Of a stretch of DNA of 64,000 nucleotides, positions 33,537 to 43,385 are shown piece after piece. Positions within the stretch are counted from its first letter, which is position 1. Each line of letters starts with the position of its first letter. The notes under the pieces were generated by a model that was given only the letters and a program-made list of their open reading frames with translations, was not told the origin of the DNA and made no database searches. A program made the position numbers and the translations under genes. Source of the DNA: an uncultured Ruminococcus sp. (GTDB lineage: Bacteria; Bacillota; Clostridia; Oscillospirales; CAG-382); assembly GCA_964571635.1 (NCBI GenBank), contig CAZNCN010000005.1:15788-79787 (forward strand). The letters are read 5' to 3'.

Positions 33537-35216
33537 ATGACAAAAAACAAAAATTGGTGGAAAAACAAGATAGCATATCAGATATATCCTCGCAGCTTTT
33601 GCGACTCCAACGGTGACGGCATAGGCGATATAAACGGCATTACATCCAAGCTTGATTATCTCAAAGACCTCGGCATAGACATCATCTGGATCTGCCCTGT
33701 ATACCGCTCGCCCATGGACGACGGTGGATATGACATTTCGGACTATTATGACGTTGACCCGATATTCGGCAAAAAGGATGACATAGATCTGCTTATTTCA
33801 GAGGCGAACAAGCGTGGTATAAAGATACTTATGGACCTCGTGCTCAACCATTGCTCTGACGAGCATCCATGGTTTAAAAAAGCACTTGCCGATCCCGACA
33901 GCGAAGAGGCGGGCTATTTCTGGTTCAGAGAGAGCCACGGCACTCCGCCCAACAACTGGCGCTCTATGTTCGGCGGCTCTGCATGGGAGAACGTCGGAGG
34001 CGACAGATGGTACCTGCATCTTTTTTCAAAAAAACAGCCCGATCTCAATTGGGAAAATCCCAAACTGCGCCAAAAGCTTTATGACATGATTAACTATTGG
34101 CTCGACAAGGGGCTTGGCGGTTTCCGCATAGATGCCATAACTCATATCAAAAAAGAGCCCACGCTCTCGTCATTGCCGCCTGATGATGATGACGGAATGG
34201 TCGGCTGCTTTGCTCCCACGCGCAATTATCCCGGCATCGGCGAACTTTTGACGGAACTGCGCAAAAACACGTTTGACAAGCACGAGTGCATGACTGTCGC
34301 CGAAGCGGCCGGTGTACCCTATGAGGAGCTCGGCGAATATATCGGTGAGGACGGATATTTTGATACGCTGTTTGATTTCACCTACAGCGAGCTTTATGCC
34401 TACGGTCATGGCTGGCATACCTGCAAGCGCCCGTGGGAATGGCCTATATCAAACCTTCGCGACAGGATGTTTGCATCGCAGCTCGCAACAGAAAAGGTCG
34501 GCTTTGGTGCAGTCTATTTTGAAAATCACGATTATCCCCGCGCGTGTGCGAAATTCCTGCCCGACCGCTATGTAAGTGTTGTTTCGCAGAAGATGCTGGG
34601 CACTTTGTTCTTCTTCCTCCGCGGTATACCCTTTATCTATCAGGGGCAGGAGCTCGGCATGACCAACACGCATTTTGATTCTATCGAGCAGGTCGACGAC
34701 ATATCGACCAGAAACCACTATAAGGTCGCGCTTTCCGACGGACTTTCGCCTCATGAGGCGATAAAAGCGGTCGAGAGGTACAGCCGTGACAATGCGAGAG
34801 TTCCGTTCCCTTGGGACAGCAGCGCAAACGGCGGATTTACCACAGGAACGCCGTGGATAAGAGTGCATCCCGATTATGCAACGGTTAACGCCGCCGACGA
34901 GCAAAAGGATCAAAACAGCGTTCTTAATTATTATAAGCACATGATAGCACTCCGCAAGGGCGAGGAATATAACCAAACCTTCACCTATGGAGATATTCAG
35001 CCGATTTTGCTCGAGCACGACGATATTATCGCGTATACAAGAAACGGCGACAGAAGTGCTGCCGTAATATGCTCGTTCTGCCCCGAACAAAAGACTGTAA
35101 AACTGCCGTTTGAGTGCGGTGAAATACTGCTTTCAAACTATGATGAACAATGCGTGCAGGGCTCTGAAATGACGCTCAGACCCTTCGAGTGCGCAGTCAT
35201 CGCTGTAAAGGACTGA
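33537..35216 (+). CDS. GH13 alpha-glucosidase / oligo-1,6-glucosidase
   Basis: The start is at MTKNKNWWKNKIAYQIYPRSF. The GH13 regions are DLVLNHCS, GFRIDAITH, EAAG and FENHDYPR. Confidence 0.85.
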   Translation: MTKNKNWWKNKIAYQIYPRSFCDSNGDGIGDINGITSKLDYLKDLGIDIIWICPVYRSPMDDGGYDISDYYDVDPIFGKKDDIDLLISEANKRGIKILMDLVLNHCSDEHPWFKKALADPDSEEAGYFWFRESHGTPPNNWRSMFGGSAWENVGGDRWYLHLFSKKQPDLNWENPKLRQKLYDMINYWLDKGLGGFRIDAITHIKKEPTLSSLPPDDDDGMVGCFAPTRNYPGIGELLTELRKNTFDKHECMTVAEAAGVPYEELGEYIGEDGYFDTLFDFTYSELYAYGHGWHTCKRPWEWPISNLRDRMFASQLATEKVGFGAVYFENHDYPRACAKFLPDRYVSVVSQKMLGTLFFFLRGIPFIYQGQELGMTNTHFDSIEQVDDISTRNHYKVALSDGLSPHEAIKAVERYSRDNARVPFPWDSSANGGFTTGTPWIRVHPDYATVNAADEQKDQNSVLNYYKHMIALRKGEEYNQTFTYGDIQPILLEHDDIIAYTRNGDRSAAVICSFCPEQKTVKLPFECGEILLSNYDEQCVQGSEMTLRPFECAVIAVKD

Positions 35217-35219
35217 AAT

Positions 35220-36245
35220 ATGCTCAAAATAGGAGTCGTCGGCATCGGACGCATGGGCTCGCACCATGTCGACATGTATCAAAAGCTCGTTTCAAACGGA
35301 GCCGACATCAAGCTTGCTGCGATATGCGATGTCGAGCAGTCGCGGCTTGACGGCACGACAACACATATTTTTAATATGGGAACAGAGCGTGAGCGCGATC
35401 TTTCTTCTATTAATAAATATACATCGATCGACGATATGCTTTTGCATGAAAAGCTCGATATCGTCGATGTCGTTGCACCTACATATTTGCATTGCGAGCT
35501 CTCGTGCAAGGCGCTCGAGGCAGGCTGCGACGTCATGTGCGAAAAGCCTATGGCACTTAATGCCGAGCAGTGCGACAGAATGCTTGAGACCGCAAAGAAG
35601 CACGGCAGACTTTTGATGATAGGTCAGTGCCTGCATTTCTGGCGCGAATATGTCTATCTGCAGGAGGTCATAAAGCAAAAGACCTTCGGTGAGGTCAAAG
35701 GCGGATTCTTTTGGCGCGGCGGATATGCTGACCACGAGAATAACCCCTCGTGGCACGACTGGATAATCACTGCCGACAAGGGTGGTGGAGGATTGTTCGA
35801 TCAGCATATTCACGACACCGATTTTGTCAGGCTTTGCTTTGGTGAGCCGCAGGGAGTGCTGACTACTGCACGCAAGTATTTCAAGGACAGTGCCGACGAC
35901 ATTGTTTCTACAAATTATATATATAGCGACAAGGTCATCAGTGCGACCGACGATATTGCATATGTCGGCTATCCGTTTTCTTACGGCTATCGTGTCGACA
36001 TGCAGGATGCGACTGTCGAGTTTGACAAGGGCATTGTAACTGTTTTCCCTCACCGCAAAGAGGCTTATAACCCCGACGTGACCGAATACGGCACGACCGA
36101 CGATGCATATTATAATGAGATAGAATACTTTATAGGCTGCGTAAAAACGCGCACGTATCCCGTCAGATGCAAGCCCGAGGATGCAAAGGCGTCGGTTCTG
36201 CTCGCCCTCAAAGAAGCAGAGTCGGCAAAAAAGAACAGATTTTGA
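35220..36245 (+). CDS. Gfo/Idh/MocA-family NAD(P)-dependent oxidoreductase
   Basis: 341 aa. The Rossmann N-terminus is KIGVVGIGRMG, and the EKPMA motif is present. Confidence 0.8.
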   Translation: MLKIGVVGIGRMGSHHVDMYQKLVSNGADIKLAAICDVEQSRLDGTTTHIFNMGTERERDLSSINKYTSIDDMLLHEKLDIVDVVAPTYLHCELSCKALEAGCDVMCEKPMALNAEQCDRMLETAKKHGRLLMIGQCLHFWREYVYLQEVIKQKTFGEVKGGFFWRGGYADHENNPSWHDWIITADKGGGGLFDQHIHDTDFVRLCFGEPQGVLTTARKYFKDSADDIVSTNYIYSDKVISATDDIAYVGYPFSYGYRVDMQDATVEFDKGIVTVFPHRKEAYNPDVTEYGTTDDAYYNEIEYFIGCVKTRTYPVRCKPEDAKASVLLALKEAESAKKNRF

Positions 36246-36521
36246 TCAAATCGGCGTTTGCGGCAAAAGCTGTGAACGCCGATTTTTTGCTTTTTGCAGC
36301 AGAATTCAAAATGAAATTGCATGTATTTGAAAATTTGACACCCCAATAATCTGCGGCACACCAAAAAAGCGTGCTAACAAAATATGCGCACAGTGCAAAG
36401 AATTGCATTTTTATTCGCTATTCTGCACTTTTTGTGCATAACTATACGAAATGTACGCATAAACGGCTTGACGTGGGCATTTTTTGTGCGATTTTTATAG
36501 TAAAAAAATTCGCTCTGCCTA

Positions 36522-36550
36522 TTGCATTTAGCGCGAAAGTATGATATAAT
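36522..36550 (+). promoter_or_regulatory. Upstream promoter P1 of the ABC importer operon
   Basis: TTGCAT (36522-36527), a 17-nt spacer, then TATAAT (36545-36550), with TG at -14/-15. Confidence 0.4.
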
Positions 36551-36573
36551 CATGCCAATCTTTTTTGAGAGAT

Positions 36574-36608
36574 TTGCATTTTGCAATTTCAAAACTTGCA
36601 AAATTGCA
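36574..36608 (+). promoter_or_regulatory. Cluster of four TTGCA repeats (candidate operator)
   Basis: tTTGCAttTTGCAatttcaaaacTTGCAaaaTTGCAg lies just downstream of P1. Further ATTGCA copies occur at 36316, 36402 and 36521. Confidence 0.3.
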
Positions 36609-36671
36609 GTTCGTCAGCATAAATAGCCACAAAAAATTGCTCAAAAACAGCAATTTGATGCCGATTAATAG

Positions 36672-36700
36672 TTGACAACGGCATATTTGTATGCTATAAT
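36672..36700 (+). promoter_or_regulatory. Proximal promoter P2 of the ABC importer operon
   Basis: TTGACA (36672-36677), a 17-nt spacer, then TATAAT (36695-36700). Confidence 0.5.
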
Positions 36701-36796
36701 TGACGAAAATATTTTATGTGCCTCGTGGCACTGCATTAATTCGAAATATATTAGCGCATCGCGTTACTATATAATTTTATTTGGAGGAATCCGCAA

Positions 36797-39016
36797 ATGA
36801 AGAAAACAAAGATTTTCGCGCTTCTGTTGGCTCTTCTGATGGTTGCAACGATGGTTGCTGCTTGTGCTCCCACAAGCGACACTTCATCGGACGACACATC
36901 CAGCACAACAAGCGACGCACCTGCTGTTGACTTTGACGGCACCGAGGGTTATGTTAACCTCGACGGCAAAGTTTATGGCGAAGACTACACCTCGGTTTAC
37001 GAGAAATACGGCAAAGATATAACGATCGCTGACGTTCAGAAGAACGACGACGGCGACTGCTATATCGAAAAAGACGGCAAGCAGTACATCCTCGGCCTCG
37101 ACTTCCTTTCGATGGCTATGGTTTACAACTGCGGCAACGGCACTCTTGAAGAGCAGAACAGTGCTTACACCAAGTGGTGGCAGTACTACATCGAGAGATG
37201 GAACAAGCTGCTCCCCGAGATTCCCCTTTACTGCAACCAGTACTACGACGTTTACAGCACCAAGATCCAGCAGGTTAAAGAGAACCCCACCAACCCGCTT
37301 TGGAGCGCAGCTGCTGCTCTGATTGACTGGACTTCTGTTAAAGAAGACAACAGCATCATCCTCGGCAACTCCACTGAGCTTTCGGGCCTCTTCCGTTACT
37401 CGTCCTACGGTGTCTCCAGCCCCGGCGCTGCTGACCAGGATATCGAGAGCCTGACTGTCGAGCTCGGCACCGTCGTTGCTAACAAGAATGGCGCATATGT
37501 CTGGAACCCCACAGTTGTTAAGTCTCACACCGAGACTGTCAACGATGACAACTCCAAGACTTTCGAAATCGAGATCTATGACGACCTCAAGTTCAGCGAC
37601 GGCTCTGCTGTCACTGCAAAAGACTACCTCGTTGGCACTCTCGTCTTCTCTACCAAGGTTGCTACCGCTGCTATGGGCAGAGACAAGATGAGCGGCATGA
37701 CCGTTGTTGGCTACGATTCTTTCGCAGCATATGACGGCGGCGAAGAAGGCACCAAAGAATTCTCTGGTCTGAGAATGTTCGATGACTACAAGTTCTCTGT
37801 TACCATCTCTGCAGATTATCTTCCTTACTTCTATGACATCGCTTACGCTGCCTTCTCTGCTCAGTATGCAAAGATGTGGATTGGCGATGCTGAGATCAAA
37901 GACGACGGCAATGGCTGCTACATTACCGATGGCTTCTATGCAAAAGAGGGCGACGACTATACGATGGCTGCTTACCTCAATGCAACTTCTCAGAACACCG
38001 ATACTACCTATCCTTACTCCGGTCCCTACTATGTAGAGAGCTATGACGCAGCAAGCAAGATTGCTACTCTTAAGGCTAACACCTACTACAAGGGCAACTA
38101 CGAAGGCTCCAAGCCCTCGATCGACACTGTTATTTATAAGAAAGTTGTTACCGCTACTCAGCTGCAGGACCTCAAGTCTGGCGGTGTTGACATCCTGATG
38201 GGTGTTACCGGCGGCGACGCTACCAAAGAAGCTCTTACACTTATCGACGAAAGCAACGGCGCATTCGACGAAGTCGACTATGGCCGTGCCGGCTACGGCA
38301 AACTTGGTTTCCGTTGCGACTTCGGCGCATCGCAGTTCGCTGCAGTTCGCCAGGCAGTAGCTCTCTGCATGGACCGTCCCGACTTCGCTAAGAAGTTCAC
38401 CGGCGGTTACGGCGGAGTTGTCGAAGGACCTTACTACAGCACCTTCTGGGCTTATGCTGCAGTTAAGAACGACATCAAGCTTGACGCTTATGCAACTGAC
38501 AAAGACGCAGCTATCAAGACCCTCGAGGCTGACGGCTGGGTATATGACAAAGACGGCAACACCTACACTGAAGGTATCCGTTATAAGAAGATAGCTGCTT
38601 CCATCATCACCGAGGCTGACAAGACCTTCGCTTCTGCTGATGGCAAGTACAAGACCGAAAAGGTTGGCGACTTCTATTACATGCCTCTCGTAATCAACTG
38701 GTTCGGCACTACCGACAACGATTTCACCGATCTGCTTGTTGGTGCTTTCCAGGAGAACTCGAACCTCGCTGACTGCGGCGCTTATATCACCGCTAAGGCT
38801 GGCGACTTCTATCCCATGCTTGCTGAGCTCTATCAGCAGGATTACGGCTCTGGCGTCTACGGTGGCGTTCCTACCTATGCTGCATTCAACTTCGCAACCG
38901 GTTACAACTCTGCTGTTTATGACTATTCATACGGCAACACCGTTGACAACACCATGTATGATATGTACTCGCAGTACTACATCATAGATGAGGCTGACAT
39001 CATTTTCCTTAAGTAA
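36797..39016 (+). CDS. Oversized family-5 (Opp/Dpp-type) ABC substrate-binding lipoprotein
   Basis: 739 aa. The lipobox is MVAAC, followed by an S/T/D-rich linker. The family-5 core motif is FEIEIYDDLKFSDGSAVTAKDY. This is about 200 aa longer than typical OppA/DppA proteins. Confidence 0.75.
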   Translation: MKKTKIFALLLALLMVATMVAACAPTSDTSSDDTSSTTSDAPAVDFDGTEGYVNLDGKVYGEDYTSVYEKYGKDITIADVQKNDDGDCYIEKDGKQYILGLDFLSMAMVYNCGNGTLEEQNSAYTKWWQYYIERWNKLLPEIPLYCNQYYDVYSTKIQQVKENPTNPLWSAAAALIDWTSVKEDNSIILGNSTELSGLFRYSSYGVSSPGAADQDIESLTVELGTVVANKNGAYVWNPTVVKSHTETVNDDNSKTFEIEIYDDLKFSDGSAVTAKDYLVGTLVFSTKVATAAMGRDKMSGMTVVGYDSFAAYDGGEEGTKEFSGLRMFDDYKFSVTISADYLPYFYDIAYAAFSAQYAKMWIGDAEIKDDGNGCYITDGFYAKEGDDYTMAAYLNATSQNTDTTYPYSGPYYVESYDAASKIATLKANTYYKGNYEGSKPSIDTVIYKKVVTATQLQDLKSGGVDILMGVTGGDATKEALTLIDESNGAFDEVDYGRAGYGKLGFRCDFGASQFAAVRQAVALCMDRPDFAKKFTGGYGGVVEGPYYSTFWAYAAVKNDIKLDAYATDKDAAIKTLEADGWVYDKDGNTYTEGIRYKKIAASIITEADKTFASADGKYKTEKVGDFYYMPLVINWFGTTDNDFTDLLVGAFQENSNLADCGAYITAKAGDFYPMLAELYQQDYGSGVYGGVPTYAAFNFATGYNSAVYDYSYGNTVDNTMYDMYSQYYIIDEADIIFLK

Positions 39017-39056
39017 TTAATCAATTAGTTTAAGGAACTCGTTATAGAGTTTATTG

Positions 39057-39085
39057 GCAGGAAGGGGCTTCGTGCCCCTTCCTGC
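39057..39085 (+). terminator. Strong intra-operon hairpin after the binding-protein gene (partial terminator or mRNA stabiliser)
   Basis: A 12-bp perfect stem, gcaggaaggggc / gccccttcctgc, with a 5-nt loop. The T-tract is weak. Confidence 0.5.
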
Positions 39086-39234
39086 AACCTTTATGTAAGC
39101 ATTTTTTCGCACATTCCAATTGTAATAACCGCTTTTTACCCACTCGCATTTAAATTCGAAAACAATAAAGTGCAAGGCACTTTTGTTATATATCAGCGGC
39201 AAGTGCCGCAAATAAATTCAAAGGATGAATGATT

Positions 39235-40275
39235 ATGGGAAAGTATATTGTTAAGAGAACAGCATATATGCTGATAGTTCTCGTGATACTGTCTTTTCTT
39301 ATGTTCTGGCTTTATAATACGGCATGGGGCGACCGTGCGTATACCGAAGCCTTTGAAGAGGTCAAGGCCATTAAAAACCTGACCACTGAAGAAAGAGAAG
39401 CGTTGTTTCAAGAAAAGTATTTTTCATACCAGTGTCGCTATGGTACAGAGACAGGCAGCACTGTTGTGCAGTATTTGAGATGGCTTGGCGTATATCCTTA
39501 TTATGACGGCACTTTCAGTGGATTGCTGCAGGGTGACCTTGGTGAATCGACTTTTTATCACCTGTCTGTCGCCGAGGCTATTAAAGAGCCGATGCGCATC
39601 ACCATAATCGTAAATATATTCGCTACTATTCTTGCACTCGGCATAACCATTCCTCTCGGCATTCACTGTGCTGTCAAGCGTGGCAAGTTTGGCGATAAGT
39701 TTATGCAGATACTTACCATTATAGGTTATAGCTTGCCAACCTTCCTGATAGCGCTCTTGTTTATCTGGATATTCGTTGCGAAGCTCGGTTGGCTGCCGCC
39801 GTCTGGCATGGGCACTCCCGGCAACAAGTTTGTCGGTATGGAGAAGGTGCTCGATACACTTTATTACTTCGCACTGCCCATGATTGTTATGACATTCTGC
39901 TCTATGGGCGGCATGACCAGATACGTCCGTGCTTCTATGATCGAGGCACTCTCAATGGACTGCATCAGAACCGCTCGTGCAAAGGGCTTGCGCGAGAAGG
40001 TCGTTATTTATAGCCATGCATGGCATAACGCACTTATTCCTATCGTTACGCTCGTCGTTGGCTGGTTCCTCGGTATTTTCTCGGGATCGCTGGTCATTGA
40101 GCAGATATTCGCCATCAACGGTATGGGTCAGGTCATGATCACTGCTTTGAGAGCAAGTGACAACGACCTTATCATGTTCCTGCAGATGTTCTATGTCGTT
40201 ATAGCACTGCTGGGCAACCTCGTCATAGATATTGTCTATGGTCTGGTCGATCCTCGTGTCAGAGTTAACAAATAA
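39235..40275 (+). CDS. ABC permease, OppB/DppB-like
   Basis: About 346 aa. The EAA-loop region is YVRASMIEALSMDCIRTARAKGL. The ATG at 39235 is preferred over 39229 on RBS spacing. Confidence 0.85.
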   Translation: MGKYIVKRTAYMLIVLVILSFLMFWLYNTAWGDRAYTEAFEEVKAIKNLTTEEREALFQEKYFSYQCRYGTETGSTVVQYLRWLGVYPYYDGTFSGLLQGDLGESTFYHLSVAEAIKEPMRITIIVNIFATILALGITIPLGIHCAVKRGKFGDKFMQILTIIGYSLPTFLIALLFIWIFVAKLGWLPPSGMGTPGNKFVGMEKVLDTLYYFALPMIVMTFCSMGGMTRYVRASMIEALSMDCIRTARAKGLREKVVIYSHAWHNALIPIVTLVVGWFLGIFSGSLVIEQIFAINGMGQVMITALRASDNDLIMFLQMFYVVIALLGNLVIDIVYGLVDPRVRVNK

Positions 40276-40289
40276 GGAGGAGATTTAAA

Positions 40290-42350
40290 ATGAGCAAAGA
40301 TAAAAAGAATACCTCCTCCGCTCCCAAGAAGCGTGCAGGCTGGTTAAAGCGTCTGTTCTTCGGCGGCAGCAAGACTTATGCTGACGAGGTTCTTGCCACC
40401 GACAAATACGGTCAAAAGCAGGTTTCTGATGTTGAGGCTATTTTGAGCCCCGGCAAGCAGATAGTTAAGAACTTTCTTGAAAAGAAGTATGCTGTTGTAG
40501 CACTTATCATTGTTGTTTTGATGTTCGTTATGGCATATATCGGACCTCTGTTTATGCCTAAGTACTACGACTCATATTCAGAGACGCTGCAGCAGAATAT
40601 ATATCCCACCCTCGGTATGATGGATATGCCCAAGGAATTGCAGAGCGATATTAAGCAGATCTCGTCTTATGGTCCTTTCACCGTTGGACTTTCCAACGCA
40701 GGCAATGTCTATGTTTGGGGCTGTACCAAGATTGGTACCACCGGCGTCGACGTTGCCAACATACCCGAAGAGGTTAAAAACGCAAATATCGTTATGATCG
40801 CAGCCGGCATTGACCATATAATCGCTATTGATGATCAAGGCAAGATATATGGCTGGGGCGACAACAAGCTCGCCCAGTACGGTTTGTATGGAAAGCTGCC
40901 TGACTTCGTTCTGCCTATGTCCGAAGACCTCAGAGAGAACGGCGTTGACATCAATAATGTCAAAAAGCTCATCTGCGGCTATCAGGTCACAGCAATTCTC
41001 ATGAACGACGGCAGATTGCACATCTGGGGCAATAAGAACATGTATACCAACATGGAGTATTTTGCCACCATGAACGATGTTGATGAGGTTACCGGCGTCG
41101 CTCCCAACCCTGTTTTGCTTGATGATATAACCTTCACTTTGAGCTATGTCGTCGGCATCCGCCGTGCTCCCGAAGACGGCAGCACCTATGATCCTATCGT
41201 GCTCGGCCCTGCTAACGTCAAGACTTTCGTCGAGCCCAAGGCTTCGTATGACGATAAAGAGGGCACCAAGATCAATACTTGGCTCAAAGAGCGTGCACAC
41301 GATGGTCACAACGCAACCATCAAGGCCGCTTATTCGACTTGCTCTACTGTCACCTATCAGCTTTCTGATAACTCTATTCTTGTTGCGGGCAGCTTCCATG
41401 AGAGCAAGCGCTCGTTCGTCAAGATGCCCACCCTTGCAGAGGGCGAGTATTTTGTCAACATTTCGGCAGGCTCGCGCCATTATTCCGGCGTGACCAACCT
41501 CGGCAATGTTTATACATGGGGCGAGGATCTGCTCGACCAGTGCACTATGCCTTCAAAGGTTGAACCGACCGCAAAGGTTTATGCAACAGGCTTCCAGAAC
41601 TATTCTGTCAACGAAGACAACGAGCTCGTTCAGACCTGGGGCAACAGGGGCTATTTATTTGGCACCGATAAGAACGGTGCAAACATCCTGCACCGCATAA
41701 TCATCGGCTCAAGAATGACCATGACTATCGGCGGTGTTGCAGTTATCATTTCGACAATCATCGGCATAATCATCGGCTGCCTTGCAGGCTATTTCGGCGG
41801 CAAGGTCGACATAGTACTCATGCGTGTTACCGAGGTTTTTGCGGCAATCCCGTTCCTGCCGTTTGCCATGATACTTTCGTCAATGATGACCAAGATCCCT
41901 GACGATAATATTAGAATATTCCTGCTGATGTGCATACTCGGCTGCTTGTCGTGGACAGGCCTTGCAAGACTTGTTCGCGGTCAGGTGCTCGTCGCACGCG
42001 AAAATGAGTATGTCACCGCAGCAAAATCTATGGGTATCAAAGAATCGACCATCGCGTTCAAGCACATACTGCCTAACGTTATCTCGATCATCATCGTTAC
42101 CCTGACGCTTGACTTTGCAACCTGTATGCTGACCGAGTCATCGCTTTCGTACCTCGGATTCGGCGTTCAGCTGCCTGCACCGACGTGGGGCAATATGCTT
42201 AACGGCGTCATCAATATGACCATTATCAACAACTATTGGTGGCAGTGGCTGTTCACATCGCTGTTCCTTGCTACTACTACTATTTGCATCAACATTATCG
42301 GCGACGCGCTCAGGGACGTTATGGACCCCAAGTCGAGCGCTGAAAGGTGA
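40290..42350 (+). CDS. ABC permease, OppC/DppC-like, with an RCC1-like beta-propeller inserted in the first extracytoplasmic loop
   Basis: 686 aa with an AAGGAGG RBS. TM1 spans aa 67-88. Residues 120-455 carry six to seven repeats of the type GNVYVWG, GKIYGWGDNKLAQYG, GRLHIWGN, GNVYTWGEDLLDQC and LVQTWGN. The canonical LFGTD...ILHRIIIGSRMTMTIG core and EAA loop follow. Confidence 0.8.
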   Translation: MSKDKKNTSSAPKKRAGWLKRLFFGGSKTYADEVLATDKYGQKQVSDVEAILSPGKQIVKNFLEKKYAVVALIIVVLMFVMAYIGPLFMPKYYDSYSETLQQNIYPTLGMMDMPKELQSDIKQISSYGPFTVGLSNAGNVYVWGCTKIGTTGVDVANIPEEVKNANIVMIAAGIDHIIAIDDQGKIYGWGDNKLAQYGLYGKLPDFVLPMSEDLRENGVDINNVKKLICGYQVTAILMNDGRLHIWGNKNMYTNMEYFATMNDVDEVTGVAPNPVLLDDITFTLSYVVGIRRAPEDGSTYDPIVLGPANVKTFVEPKASYDDKEGTKINTWLKERAHDGHNATIKAAYSTCSTVTYQLSDNSILVAGSFHESKRSFVKMPTLAEGEYFVNISAGSRHYSGVTNLGNVYTWGEDLLDQCTMPSKVEPTAKVYATGFQNYSVNEDNELVQTWGNRGYLFGTDKNGANILHRIIIGSRMTMTIGGVAVIISTIIGIIIGCLAGYFGGKVDIVLMRVTEVFAAIPFLPFAMILSSMMTKIPDDNIRIFLLMCILGCLSWTGLARLVRGQVLVARENEYVTAAKSMGIKESTIAFKHILPNVISIIIVTLTLDFATCMLTESSLSYLGFGVQLPAPTWGNMLNGVINMTIINNYWWQWLFTSLFLATTTICINIIGDALRDVMDPKSSAER

Positions 42351-42365
42351 GGAGGTTAAATTATC

Positions 42366-43385
42366 ATGGCATTGCTTGAAGTTAATAACCTGCACACCTA
42401 TTTCAAGACCCGCAAGGGCATTGTTAAGGCAGTCAACGACGTGTCTTATACCCTTGAGCCCGGCAAGACCATCGGCATAGTCGGTGAGTCGGGCTCGGGT
42501 AAATCCGTCTCGGCAATGAGCATTCTGCGATTGCTCGATGATAACGGATATATTGCCGAGGGCAGCGTAAAGTTTGAGGGCAAAGAGCTCACCAAGCTTT
42601 CGATGGATGAGATGTATCACATCCGCGGTAACGCGATTTCGGTCATCTTCCAGGAGCCTATGACCTCGCTCAACCCTGTATTTTCTGTTGAAAAGCAGCT
42701 TTCTGAGCCGTTTATCGTTCACCAGGGCATGAAGAAGAAAGAGGCACGCGAGAGCGCCCTCAAGATGCTCTATGATGTCCAGATACCTAACCCCGAGGCA
42801 GTTATGAAGCAGTATCCGCATCAGCTTTCGGGCGGTATGAGACAGAGAGTCATGATCGCTATGGCGCTGGCTTGCAAGCCTCGCATTCTGATCGCCGACG
42901 AGCCCACCACCGCGCTTGACGTTACGATTCAGGCACAGATCCTGCGCCTTATGAACGATCTGCAGCGTGAGAACGGCACTTCGATCATATTCATCACCCA
43001 TGACCTGGGCGTTATAAACGAAATGGCTGACGACGTCGTCGTTATGTATTGCGGACAGGTCGTCGAGCAGGCTTCGGCGCGTATTATCTTCACCGACTGC
43101 AAGATGAGCCATCCTTATACCGAGGGCTTGATGAACAGCATTCCGCGTATCGACAATATCACGCACAAGCTTGAGCCTATCCCCGGCGTCGTGCCGCATC
43201 CGCTCGCACTGCCTAAGGGCTGCAAATTTGCACCGAGATGCAAATATGCAACGCAGAAGTGCCTCGATGGCGAGCCTCCGCTCGTGGAGGTCCTGCCCGG
43301 ACAGCGCGTCAGATGCTTCTATCCCGAAAAGGAGGTGAGGAACAGTGCCGAACACCAAAAAGCTCTTATCGATCACGAATCTTAA
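42366..43385 (+). CDS. ABC ATPase, OppD/DppD-like
   Basis: 339 aa. Walker A is GESGSGKS, the signature is LSGGMRQR and Walker B is LIADEPTTALD. The oligopeptide C-terminal domain contains GCKFAPRC. Confidence 0.9.
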   Translation: MALLEVNNLHTYFKTRKGIVKAVNDVSYTLEPGKTIGIVGESGSGKSVSAMSILRLLDDNGYIAEGSVKFEGKELTKLSMDEMYHIRGNAISVIFQEPMTSLNPVFSVEKQLSEPFIVHQGMKKKEARESALKMLYDVQIPNPEAVMKQYPHQLSGGMRQRVMIAMALACKPRILIADEPTTALDVTIQAQILRLMNDLQRENGTSIIFITHDLGVINEMADDVVVMYCGQVVEQASARIIFTDCKMSHPYTEGLMNSIPRIDNITHKLEPIPGVVPHPLALPKGCKFAPRCKYATQKCLDGEPPLVEVLPGQRVRCFYPEKEVRNSAEHQKALIDHES

